DNA from: Myxococcota bacterium
Lineage (GTDB): Bacteria > Myxococcota > JACRCW01
Direction of reading: 5' to 3'
Assembly: GCA_040752415.1 (NCBI GenBank)
Contig: JBFMGU010000189.1
Coordinates: forward strand, 1 to 20,831
DNA: 20,831 nucleotides
The position numbers and the translations under genes were made by a program. Shown piece by piece: positions 8,276-17,323 of the stretch (its first letter is position 1; each line of letters starts with the position of its first letter). The notes beneath the pieces were generated by a model. The model worked only from the letters and a program-made list of their open reading frames with translations. It was not told the DNA's origin and did not search any database.

Positions 8276-8971
8276 ATGAAGAGACTGCTGCTCCGCGCCG
8301 CCGGGTGCGCGTTGCTCCTTGCTTGTGATCCGGGATCGTCGGGCGAAGCGCCGTCCGGCGTGGCGCCGCCGTGGGTGCCCACCCCGGTGGATGCCAGCAC
8401 GTGGGCCGGCAGCACGCCGCACTTCAGGATGGTGGGGCGTCTCAACGGCGAGGACCTGGAGCAGGAACTCTCCCGTCGTGACGCCGAGGACCTGGGCAAG
8501 CTCCGCTGCGAGCGCGAATACAAGCTCCCCGCCGAGGGCGGCGAACGCCATCCACCCCTGCTCAACGAGGTGGTCATCAAGGTGGAGCTCGACGTGGACT
8601 GGCAGGAGCGGGAGCTGCAGATTGAGCTCAAGAAACACGACTTCGCGCGCGACACCGCCGGCGCATTGGTGACCATTGTCCCGCGTGACGAGGAGCAGGA
8701 TCCCGCGCGGGACCAGATGTGGGCAGAGCTGGAGTGGAAGCGCGACGGCGAGGATCTCGTGGTGCAGCCCGTTCCGCAGGGCGTCTTCACGCTGGGGGAG
8801 TACACCGGCCAGCCCGACGCCTACGGCTACATCATCCCGGACAACGAGGGCACCGTGGGCGGTCACCTCACCCTCACGCCCAACGAGGGCGAGACGCTCC
8901 AGATCAGCTTCACCGCCCGGTGCGGCATCAACAACTACAAGCGACCTCCGCCGGTGGAGACGGAGGAGTGA
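8276..8971 (+). CDS. Hypothetical lipoprotein
   Basis: AGGA upstream; MKRLLLRAAGCALLLA-C lipobox; high-GC3 codon usage. Alternative start at 8270. Confidence 0.75.
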   Translation: MKRLLLRAAGCALLLACDPGSSGEAPSGVAPPWVPTPVDASTWAGSTPHFRMVGRLNGEDLEQELSRRDAEDLGKLRCEREYKLPAEGGERHPPLLNEVVIKVELDVDWQERELQIELKKHDFARDTAGALVTIVPRDEEQDPARDQMWAELEWKRDGEDLVVQPVPQGVFTLGEYTGQPDAYGYIIPDNEGTVGGHLTLTPNEGETLQISFTARCGINNYKRPPPVETEE

Positions 8972-9888
8972 TGTCCCGCGGGCCTGGGAGGTGCGTCGTG
9001 GCGCGAGGAGTCCGCGTCCTGCTTGCCCTGTTGCTCTGCTCGTGCGGCGGGGAGGAGCGGCCGCGCGGGGAGGATCAGCCCCCCGTGGTCACGTCGGAGG
9101 ACGCCGGCGTGAGGGTTCCCAGCGCACCGTACGACCTGGACACACCGACGGAGGCGTTCGCGCTCTCCGAGGAGCTGAGGGAGATCTCCGGCGTCACGGT
9201 GCTGCCCGACGGACGCCTGGCAGTGGTGCAGGACGAGGTGGGAATGCTCTTCGTGCTGAACCCGGAGACGGCGTTCATCGAGGAGCGCCACTACTTCGAG
9301 GACGGCGCGGACTACGAGGGCGTGGAGCTGGCGGGCGGGCGCATGTTCGTGCTGCGCAACACCGGCACGCTCCTGGAGCTGGAGAACTGGCAGGGGCTGG
9401 ACATCACCATCCGCCACCACGCCACGCCGCTGACGCGCGAGAACGACACCGAAGGCATCACCTACGACGCCACCACGAACCGCATCCTGATGGCGTGCAA
9501 GGAATACGGCGGGCCGCTGGTGGGGGAGCGCGAGCGCGCCGTCTACGCCTACGACCTGGGCGCGGAGATCTACCTGGCCGACCCGGCCTACCGGTTCAAC
9601 ATGGACGCCATGCCCGCGGAGCTGCGGGAGGTCGCAGACTTCAAGCCGTCCGCCATTGCGCTGCACCCCATCACCGGTGAGCTCTACGTCCTCTCGTCGA
9701 CGGCGCGGGGCCTGGTGGCGCTGGGCACCGACGGCAGCATCAGGCACTCCTGGCGCCTCAAGGGGAACCGCTTCGAGCAGCCCGAGGGCCTGGCGTTCTC
9801 CCCCGACGGGACCATGTGGATGACCAGCGAGGGCGTGGAAGGACCGGGGCGCGTCTTCCGCTTTGACCCGCTGACATCGACGCCGTGA
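8971..9888 (+). CDS. SdiA-regulated (YjiK-like) beta-propeller lipoprotein
   Basis: TGATG coupling; LLLCS-C lipobox; LREISG, VQDE, DYEGV, DTEGITYD, FKPSAIALHP and QPEGLAF repeats. Confidence 0.85.
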   Translation: MSRGPGRCVVARGVRVLLALLLCSCGGEERPRGEDQPPVVTSEDAGVRVPSAPYDLDTPTEAFALSEELREISGVTVLPDGRLAVVQDEVGMLFVLNPETAFIEERHYFEDGADYEGVELAGGRMFVLRNTGTLLELENWQGLDITIRHHATPLTRENDTEGITYDATTNRILMACKEYGGPLVGERERAVYAYDLGAEIYLADPAYRFNMDAMPAELREVADFKPSAIALHPITGELYVLSSTARGLVALGTDGSIRHSWRLKGNRFEQPEGLAFSPDGTMWMTSEGVEGPGRVFRFDPLTSTP

Positions 9889-9966
9889 GTCCATCCGGTC
9901 GCGCCGGGCGATGACAAACATGAGAACCGGGCTGCGGGGGTGCCGTGTCGCCGGTAGACCACCGGG

Positions 9967-12900
9967 ATGCGCGTTCCGGTTGCGTGGGTGTTCCTGGTGT
10001 GCGCAGCGTCGTGTCTTCCTGGCCGCCATGACGACGTGACTTTGGGTGCCGGTCGCGCCGAGCTGGTGGTGGAGCCGCGGCACGTTGAGTGGGGTGAGCA
10101 GGTGGTGGGCACGCGTCACGTGATGGCCGTGCGCCTCCGCAACGAGGGAGATGCGCCACTGGTCATCCGCAACGCGCTGTCTTCCGGTGATGACGCGTTC
10201 TCCGTGACGTCCTTTCCCGCCCGGTTGGAGCCCCGCTCGGAAGGCACGCTGGAGATCCTCTTCACGCCCAGCGTGGTGGACCGCTTCGCCGGCGCGGTCA
10301 ATCTCCAGACGTCGACCGACGAGGTGCATGCCACCGTCGAGCTGCGCGGCGCAGGCGTGGATCCCCCGTCCTGCGACGACGACAATCCCTGCACGCTGGA
10401 TGCCTGGCACCATCAGCAACAGCTCTGTCTCCATGACCCGGTGGCCGCCCCGTGCGACGACGGGAACGCCTGCACCACGGGAGACTCGTGCGTGGACGGG
10501 GAATGCCTGGGCGTCCCGCTGACCTGCGACGACGGCGTCGACTGCACCGTCGACACCTGTGATGCCGTGCGGGGGTGCCAGGCCGTCCCCGTCGACGCCG
10601 CGTGCGCCACCGACGAACCCTGTGTCTCCGCGCGCTGCGACGTCACCGCGGGCTGCGTGCGGACACCGTCCGCCGACGGCTCACCGTGCGGCGGTGTGGA
10701 TGAATGCCGCTCCGTATCCTTCTGCGTGAGCGGCAGCTGCCGCACCCTGCCGGTTCCCGACGGCATGCCATGCGACGACCACAACGAGTGCACCTCCGAC
10801 GACGCGTGCAGCGACGGAGCTTGCGTGGGGCGCGGCGGCGCGGCGGCGGCCACGGTCCACCTTGGATGCCCGGGTCTGTGTGGGAATGGGCAACGGGATG
10901 AGTGCATGGGCTTCGGCCTGCGCGAGATCTGCGACGGTGACGACGTCCCGTTCACCTGCGAAGCGCTGGGATACGCGGGAGGGGAGGTGCGCTGCACCGC
11001 GGGCTGCGTGCTCGACCCCCAGGGCTGCCGGCCGTGCGCGGAGCATCCCGCCATTGACGCGTGCGCCAACACCAACCTCCCGAGCGACGACGCGTGGGCG
11101 CTCTCGCTGGCAACCCGCGGGGACACCGAAATCGGCGCGGCGTGGCTCGCGCTGGATGCGCAGGGGCAGTACGTGACGCATTTCGCCGTCGTGGACGCGG
11201 AGCTGCACGTGCAGGCGTACTCGAGCTGCCTGGGCATTCCCGCCTCACAGGTGGCGCTGGCGGGAACGGAATCCGGTTGGCTGATGGCGTCGGTCAACGG
11301 GCGACTCCGTGTCCATCGTCTCAGCGCGAGTGGCGCCATGCTGGGAGAGCGCGTGGTCACCACGACGGTGCAGGGATACACCGGTGATGTCGCCCTCGCG
11401 CCTGGCGGCGAGGGACGCGTGCTCATGGTGTGGCAACAACAGGCCTATGGGTTCGGCGTGACCCTGATGGCGGCGTTGTTGGATGAGGAGGGCGAGGAGG
11501 TGTGGAGCACGCCCTTGGATGACGAAGGGTACTGGGAACCCTTCACCGCGGTGACGGCGGGGAATCGCCTGGTCGTCGCCGCGGCGCGCAGTGGGAGCGG
11601 CATCACCGTGTTCATTCTCAGCGCGGATGGTGAGGTGGTGGCCATGGGTGAGCCACTGGGGTCCTTCACCACGTATCCCCGGCTCGCGTGGGACGGACAG
11701 GTGGTTCACCTCACCGCGACCGCCTACACCGCCGAGCCCGCGACGCTGTATGTCACCCTCGACGTCGACGGCCAGGCCCTCGGCGAGCCAGCGGTCATTG
11801 GCGACCACCGGTACCTCAATCCCGCACCGGTTGCCGTTGTCGACGGTGTCACCCATGCGCTCCTGGGCGGATACACCGGCACCACCTGGTACGCGTCACA
11901 CCTGGACCTGATCACTCCCAGCCAACCCGCACGCTCGCCGCTCACCGTGGACCAGCAATATGGCGCCGCCATCCGTCACGACCTGGTGGCCCTGGGCGGC
12001 TCCCTCGTCGTGGGTTGGCTCGGCGACCACCTCCCCGACTGGTATCCCGATTCGCGGCGACTTCGTTTCGCGAGAATCAACCCTGCGCGCCTGGACGCGC
12101 CCGCGCTGCCGATTGCTCCGGCCGCGGCGTTCGCGTGTCCGTCGCCGGATCCTCCCGAGACCACCTGCGGTCTGCACAACTGCGGCAATCAGGTGATGGA
12201 TGCGTGCACGGTCTGCGCCTATGGCGACTCTGGTTGTGACGACTACGAGCAGGTGCAGGAGGCCTGCGACGGTGATGCCGCGTCGCCCCCCGGGTGTGAG
12301 TCGTTTGGGCTGGGTCCGGGCGTGACGCGTTGTGATTCGCATTGTCAGTGGGACGTGACGTCGTGCACCGGTTGCGTGGAGCACCCGCTGGTGCAGGACT
12401 GCGGCGTCCTGGTGGCCGGCAGTGGCGCGGTCCGGAGCATCGCCCTGGCGCGTGCGCCGGATGGCACCGTGGCCGTCGCGCTTCCCTATGGCGTCGACTA
12501 CTGGGCCATGGTCACGCGGTTCCTCCGCCTGGATGCGCAGCTGGGATTGTTGTCCGAGGACTGTCTTCCCTTGCCCGGCGCATGGCAGACCAGGCTTGCG
12601 CACGACGACAACGGTTGGCTCCTCCTCAACCTCTCCGCGCCCAACAGCGGCCCCGCGACGCTGCACCTGCACGCGGTTTCGGGTGAAGGGAACAACATCA
12701 CGCCGCTGAACCTGTCGCTGCCGGCGGAGTACGACCTCGAGCGGTCCGGGGTCTCTCCAGCCGACAACGGGCCACTCGTCGCCACCGTCGTCGGTCGTAG
12801 CATCATCATGACGTCGGTGGGCGGTGGCGCCAGCCCGGTCACCTGGACATTCTCCGACAACATGACCCTCGAGGATCTCGTCATGGTCGACGGTGGCGCC

Positions 12901-13410
12901 GTCGTCATCGGGCCCATGTTGGAGCAGACGTTCGCGCGTCGGTTGAATGCGGATGGCAGCGCCGGGTCCTGGAACATCACCGGCGTGGGCACCGGCGCCC
13001 GGCTCATTCCGCATGGTGACGACGTGTTCGCGTTTGGCTTCAGCAGCGCGGGTTACCTCCAGATGCGTCGCCTCTCCGTTGCCACCGCGGCGCCGCTGGA
13101 TGACGCGCCCATCCCCCTCGCCGGACTACCCACGGATACCCAGTTGCTGGAGGGCGCCTCGACGGGGGACGCGGTGGCGCTGCTGCTGCGACGCTGGAGC
13201 ACGGAAGAGGCCTGGGTCCGCCTCGTCGACGTGGAGGACGGCACCTGGATTGGAGAACCCATCCCGCTCACGCTGGCCGGTGGATGGAGCTGGGACGCGC
13301 GCCTGCTGCCGGAACCCGGTGGCGTCATCGTCGTGTGGACCAGCCTCCGCCCCGGCGGCAACACCCCCAGCGACATCCGCTACGCGCGCATCTCGACGGG
13401 CGGACCGTGA
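9967..13410 (+). CDS. Large Cys-rich surface lipoprotein: ASH/choice-of-anchor-D Ig-like domain, CDDGNxCT repeats, two duplicated Cys-knot + beta-rich modules
   Basis: AAS-C lipobox; LRNEGDAPLVI...FTP...G domain; repeats CDDDNPCTLD, CDDGNACTTGD, CDDGVDCTVD, CDDHNECTSDD; two CGN...E.CDG...C..LG/FG...RC...C..D modules. Confidence 0.85.
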   Translation: MRVPVAWVFLVCAASCLPGRHDDVTLGAGRAELVVEPRHVEWGEQVVGTRHVMAVRLRNEGDAPLVIRNALSSGDDAFSVTSFPARLEPRSEGTLEILFTPSVVDRFAGAVNLQTSTDEVHATVELRGAGVDPPSCDDDNPCTLDAWHHQQQLCLHDPVAAPCDDGNACTTGDSCVDGECLGVPLTCDDGVDCTVDTCDAVRGCQAVPVDAACATDEPCVSARCDVTAGCVRTPSADGSPCGGVDECRSVSFCVSGSCRTLPVPDGMPCDDHNECTSDDACSDGACVGRGGAAAATVHLGCPGLCGNGQRDECMGFGLREICDGDDVPFTCEALGYAGGEVRCTAGCVLDPQGCRPCAEHPAIDACANTNLPSDDAWALSLATRGDTEIGAAWLALDAQGQYVTHFAVVDAELHVQAYSSCLGIPASQVALAGTESGWLMASVNGRLRVHRLSASGAMLGERVVTTTVQGYTGDVALAPGGEGRVLMVWQQQAYGFGVTLMAALLDEEGEEVWSTPLDDEGYWEPFTAVTAGNRLVVAAARSGSGITVFILSADGEVVAMGEPLGSFTTYPRLAWDGQVVHLTATAYTAEPATLYVTLDVDGQALGEPAVIGDHRYLNPAPVAVVDGVTHALLGGYTGTTWYASHLDLITPSQPARSPLTVDQQYGAAIRHDLVALGGSLVVGWLGDHLPDWYPDSRRLRFARINPARLDAPALPIAPAAAFACPSPDPPETTCGLHNCGNQVMDACTVCAYGDSGCDDYEQVQEACDGDAASPPGCESFGLGPGVTRCDSHCQWDVTSCTGCVEHPLVQDCGVLVAGSGAVRSIALARAPDGTVAVALPYGVDYWAMVTRFLRLDAQLGLLSEDCLPLPGAWQTRLAHDDNGWLLLNLSAPNSGPATLHLHAVSGEGNNITPLNLSLPAEYDLERSGVSPADNGPLVATVVGRSIIMTSVGGGASPVTWTFSDNMTLEDLVMVDGGAVVIGPMLEQTFARRLNADGSAGSWNITGVGTGARLIPHGDDVFAFGFSSAGYLQMRRLSVATAAPLDDAPIPLAGLPTDTQLLEGASTGDAVALLLRRWSTEEAWVRLVDVEDGTWIGEPIPLTLAGGWSWDARLLPEPGGVIVVWTSLRPGGNTPSDIRYARISTGGP

Positions 13411-13411
13411 A

Positions 13412-14152
13412 TCACGGCCCCTTCAGCGTGGCCTCCACGTCCCACAGGTGCATGCGGTGGAAGTGCACCTTCCCCGAGGGGAGCAGCAGGAACTCGTCCC
13501 AGACATGGGGCACCACCACGCCGGACGGGACGGTGCGGTGATCGCTCAGCTCCATGCGACAGCGCACCGGCAGCCGCAGCGCATTGACGGTGTATTCCAC
13601 GGCGTGCACCAGGCGCGTGCGCGGATGGACCTCCAGCACGAACGTGTCCCGCGTCCCCTGCCGGTAGCGCAGCTGCAAGCGCTCCATCTCCCCGTGACGT
13701 GGCAGTCGCAGCGCCTCCACGTCGTCGGGCGCGGCGGCTTCCCAGGGATGCAGCAGCCACATCAGCGCTTCCAGGTGGAAACCACCGCCCAGGCCCCACG
13801 GTGCGTGGTACGTCTCTCCGTCACGACGGGCGGTGAATCCCTCCGGCGTCACCTCCCAGAGCACCCGCTCGTTCCCGCGCGTGCCCTGCTGCCACGCGGT
13901 GCGGGCGCGGAAGTCGAATCCGGCGCGGGTGTGCCAGTGCGCGGGCATGTCCGGGTAGAGCAGCTCCCCCACGCCGGGAGCGAATTCCTCCTCGGCAAAG
14001 AAGGTCAACGTGGCCAGCGTGCTCTCCCCCACGTGCGCCAGCCGCACCTCACGCCACAACGTCCACGCATCCAGCGCGGCGCCGCGGGCGCGGTACCAGG
14101 TGCAGCCGTGGGAGAGGAGCAGCAGCGCGCACACCCACAGGCGCGCGGACAT
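13412..14152 (-). CDS. Hypothetical lipoprotein, beta-rich (possibly LolA-like fold)
   Basis: LLSHG-C lipobox; start overlaps the stop of the cytochrome gene (TGATG). The fold guess is inference only. Confidence 0.7.
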   Translation of the reverse strand: MSARLWVCALLLLSHGCTWYRARGAALDAWTLWREVRLAHVGESTLATLTFFAEEEFAPGVGELLYPDMPAHWHTRAGFDFRARTAWQQGTRGNERVLWEVTPEGFTARRDGETYHAPWGLGGGFHLEALMWLLHPWEAAAPDDVEALRLPRHGEMERLQLRYRQGTRDTFVLEVHPRTRLVHAVEYTVNALRLPVRCRMELSDHRTVPSGVVVPHVWDEFLLLPSGKVHFHRMHLWDVEATLKGP

Positions 14153-16032
14153 CAGGGCACCACAATCCGACCCGGCGCGCCCTCTTCACCCTGCTCGGTG
14201 TGACAGTTCATGCAGTTGGTGTCCATCTGCGCCGTGAACATGCGACGCACCCGTCCCCCGTAACGCACCTCCGCGCGGTACGGCGGCTGCACCGGGAAGC
14301 GGGTGTAGAAGTTGCCGTTCCGGTTCACCGTGAGATCGACGATGCGCTCGTTGGCGTCGGTGATGCGCACGGTGACGCCGCTGGGCGGAACGTTGCTCTC
14401 GCAGTCGTCGCGGTCATGGAACGTGCGCATCACCGTGCCCGCCACCACGAAATCATCCGGCGCGCGCTCCATCTCGAGGTGACACTCGATGCAGTTGCGC
14501 CCGGGGTGCATCTCCGCGGCGGAGCGGCCGGTCACGCGGTGCTCATTGGTGGGCCAGTAGCTTCCGGTGCCGCAGGTGGTGGGCGGGGGACCGGCGTCGG
14601 TGTCGGGGAGCACGCCACCGTCGGCGTCGCAGGCGTAGCGCGGCGCACCCGCGGCCACGAAGCGCCGCATCAGCTCCATCTCTCCCGACGTGGGCACCAC
14701 CGACCCCGGCGGCATGGACTGATCCAGCATGCGCAGGTAGCTGCTGCGCCACCGCGTCATGGACGGATACGCGGGATGCGTGGACGGTGTGAGGCCCGCC
14801 TCGTGGGTATCCAGCGGCACCTGCCCGCCACCCTCGACGTGACACGGCACGCAGTAGCGGTTCACCAGGTCGCGCGCCACCTGGTAGCCCACGTCTCCGC
14901 ACTCCGGCGGCGTGGGGATGGGACCCGCGTCGGGCGGAGGCGGGATGATGGGGTTGCCGTTGCCGTCGCACTTGTAGGGATGCGCGCCCGCGGCAATCCA
15001 CTGCAGCACCTGCGCCCGCTCGGCGCCGGTGATGTCGGTGCTGCCTTCCGGGGGCATCTTGCGGAAGCCCGCGTCGACGATGCGCTCGGCCACCGCCAGG
15101 TACATGGGCTGCGGCGGCGGGAGGCGCGCCTGCCAGTGGTAGTCCTCCCAGGTCACCAGCGGGTCGCGCGCGCCCACGGTGGGCGGATTGTTGTGACAGC
15201 CCGCGCAGCGCACCAGCAGCGTCTGCCGCACGTCCTCGTAGCCCATCTCCGCGCACTCCCCCTCCGGCTCGTAGAACTGGCGCGCGGCGTCGACGGGACC
15301 GGGGTCGCCCCCGTCGGGAAAGAGGTTCCCGCCGCCCTGGCCGGGCTTGAGCGTGATCGTCATGAGCAGCGTCATCTGCGGGTCAATGCAGTCGCGGAAG
15401 GTGCCCACCGGGATGTCGTGCTGCGCGCCATCCAGCAACGCGGTGCCCTCCATGATGAGCTTGTCGCCGTCCCAGCGCGCGCTCGCGTTCATCGTCGTCA
15501 CGCTCTGCTTGCCCTTGAGGTCCACGGTGACCTCCGCGGTGCCACTTCCCTCCAGCGTGCTGAGGTTGCGCGCGGTGAAGGTGATGATGGGGAAGTTGGA
15601 CGCGTCCAGCTGCTCCAGCATGTTGGTGCGGATGTCCTCGCGGTCGCGCTCGCTGAAGGTGGAGCCGCGCGTCTCCTCGAAGGCGTCGCGGTACTCGGGG
15701 CGGTCCGGGTCCAGCCCGTCGGTGTGCACGGTGGCGCTGAGCGTGCCGTTCTGCGGATTGTCGCGGTCCAGCGTGAAGTCATGGTCGGTGGTCAGCGCGG
15801 CCACGGCGTGGTGGTGGAAGAAGTTGCAGTCCCCGCGCGTGGTGATCTTCTTGTTGAGCAGGAGCAGCCGCGACTCCTCCGGGACCAGCACGTAGGCCAC
15901 GTCGCGCCCGCCCATGCGGATGACGCCGTCACCGCCGCTGGAGGGAGGCGGCGGAGGCGGGGGATTGCAGACGTCACATTGCGCGGCAATCAACAGCGCG
16001 CACAGGGGGAGCAGCAGGCGGATAGGACGCAT
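14152..16032 (-). CDS. Secreted/lipoprotein fusion: YceI-like domain + four CXXCH c-type heme motifs
   Basis: Leader MRPIRLLLPLCALLIAAQ-C; YceI-like segment (ESRL...HHH...G...ATV...L...LDASNFPIITF...DLKG...EGTA); CAGCH (15193-15207), CVPCH (14839-14853), CIECH (14479-14493), CMNCH (14200-14214). Confidence 0.85.
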   Translation of the reverse strand: MRPIRLLLPLCALLIAAQCDVCNPPPPPPPSSGGDGVIRMGGRDVAYVLVPEESRLLLLNKKITTRGDCNFFHHHAVAALTTDHDFTLDRDNPQNGTLSATVHTDGLDPDRPEYRDAFEETRGSTFSERDREDIRTNMLEQLDASNFPIITFTARNLSTLEGSGTAEVTVDLKGKQSVTTMNASARWDGDKLIMEGTALLDGAQHDIPVGTFRDCIDPQMTLLMTITLKPGQGGGNLFPDGGDPGPVDAARQFYEPEGECAEMGYEDVRQTLLVRCAGCHNNPPTVGARDPLVTWEDYHWQARLPPPQPMYLAVAERIVDAGFRKMPPEGSTDITGAERAQVLQWIAAGAHPYKCDGNGNPIIPPPPDAGPIPTPPECGDVGYQVARDLVNRYCVPCHVEGGGQVPLDTHEAGLTPSTHPAYPSMTRWRSSYLRMLDQSMPPGSVVPTSGEMELMRRFVAAGAPRYACDADGGVLPDTDAGPPPTTCGTGSYWPTNEHRVTGRSAAEMHPGRNCIECHLEMERAPDDFVVAGTVMRTFHDRDDCESNVPPSGVTVRITDANERIVDLTVNRNGNFYTRFPVQPPYRAEVRYGGRVRRMFTAQMDTNCMNCHTEQGEEGAPGRIVVP

Positions 16033-16175
16033 GATTTCGTCGGCACGAGGGGCCCGGGACGTCGGGCGGAGTGCGCGCAGCATGCCATGGCCACCCCGGC
16101 GCTGCCACGGGGTCGGCCGGCCGCGTCCCCGCGCGTGGGCCCCAGCTTGAGATGACGCCGCCACGGGACGCGACG

Positions 16176-16655
16176 TCAACCCGCGTCCGGCGGGCGCGGC
16201 GTGAAGCTGGTGCGGATGTCCTCGTCCAGGGATCCCTGCGCCAGCGCCATCTCCGTCCAGGAGAACAGCGTGGCGGTGGCCAGCGCCATGAAGCCCAGGC
16301 CGAACGTCGCCACCGGCACCACCTCCGCGTCCCGCATGTTGAACACCCCGATGGCCAGCAGCTCCAGGATGGTGAGGATGAAGCTGAAGAGCGCCACGTA
16401 GACGGTGAGGATGGCGTGGCGGATCATCCGGGCGCGACGGGTCATGACGTCCACCTGGCTGCGGATGCTGGTGATGCGCGCCTGGTGCTTCTCCTCGTCG
16501 TCGGCGCGGAGCTGGCGGGCCTCGCGGTTCAGCTCACGCGCGCGGCCGGTGATGTAGATGAAGCGGTTCTGCAGGCTGGAGTTGTAGAAGATGACGCTGG
16601 TCAGCGCGATGCCGGGTGAAAGCGCGTGGGTGATGAGCTCGGTCATGATGGGCAT
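16176..16655 (-). CDS. DUF2721-like membrane protein
   Basis: ALSPGIALTS..., NRF...RAREL, RRARMIRHAI, two further TM helices, EMALA. Start at 16655 or 16646. Confidence 0.8.
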   Translation of the reverse strand: MPIMTELITHALSPGIALTSVIFYNSSLQNRFIYITGRARELNREARQLRADDEEKHQARITSIRSQVDVMTRRARMIRHAILTVYVALFSFILTILELLAIGVFNMRDAEVVPVATFGLGFMALATATLFSWTEMALAQGSLDEDIRTSFTPRPPDAG

Positions 16656-16662
16656 GCGCAGC

Positions 16663-16668
16663 AGCATA
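16663..16668 (-). promoter_or_regulatory. Putative -10 element (TATGCT) of a leaderless transcript
   Basis: TAnnnT hexamer 7 nt upstream of ATG 16655; no Shine-Dalgarno visible. Confidence 0.4.
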
Positions 16669-16717
16669 GATGTCCGCGTGCTGGTCGCGGAACGCCGCGG
16701 TCAACAACGGCGCGCAC

Positions 16718-17296
16718 TCACTCCCGTTGTTCTTCAACGATCATCCTGACGCCGTATTTCGGCCCCACGTTCGCGGCCCGGACGGCGCCGGGGTCCGCCT
16801 TGGTGCTGGCCAGGCGCAGACGGAAACGACGCAACAGTGTGGCAATCACCAGTTTCATCTCGTGCGTGGCCATGGAAGCGCCCAGACAGCGACGTGCGCC
16901 GCCACCAAACGGAATGAACTCGAAGGGTGAGTACTGCCGTTCCAGGAAGCGCTCCGGACGGAAGCGCAGCGGCTCCGGGTAGACCTTCTCATTGAAGTGC
17001 ACGATGCCGATGCCCGCGCTCACCCCGATTCCCGCCGGCAGCTCGTACCCGCCGAGGCTCAAGGGACGCAGCAGACGTCGTGGGCTGGGCGCGGGAGCGA
17101 GCGGGTAGCGTCGCAACGTCTCCTGCACCACCGCCTCCAGGTACGGCAGTCCCGCCAGCTCCGCCGGAGTCGCTCCCGCGCCAACTGCGTCGAGCTCGGT
17201 GCGCAGACGCTCCAGCACCGCCGCGTTCTCCCGTTGGTGCAGCGCGTGGAACGCCCAGGAGATGGCAATGGCCGTGGTCTCATGCCCGGCGAGTGC
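16718..17296 (-). pseudogene. Cytochrome P450, C-terminal ~190 aa only (CYP110-like), 5'-truncated
   Basis: LAGHETT (I-helix), ETLR (ExxR), PERF and PFGGGARRCLG heme-Cys motifs are intact. The frame is closed ~10 codons upstream of AGHETT by the TetR stop, so the N-terminal half is absent. Confidence 0.9.
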
Positions 17297-17323
17297 CCAC
17301 CCGCTGACGCTTCCTTCCGCGCG

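Noticed and set aside
15964..15981. CDVCN as a fifth heme site in the cytochrome
   Set aside because: It has no His after CXXC, and the first Cys is the likely lipidation site.
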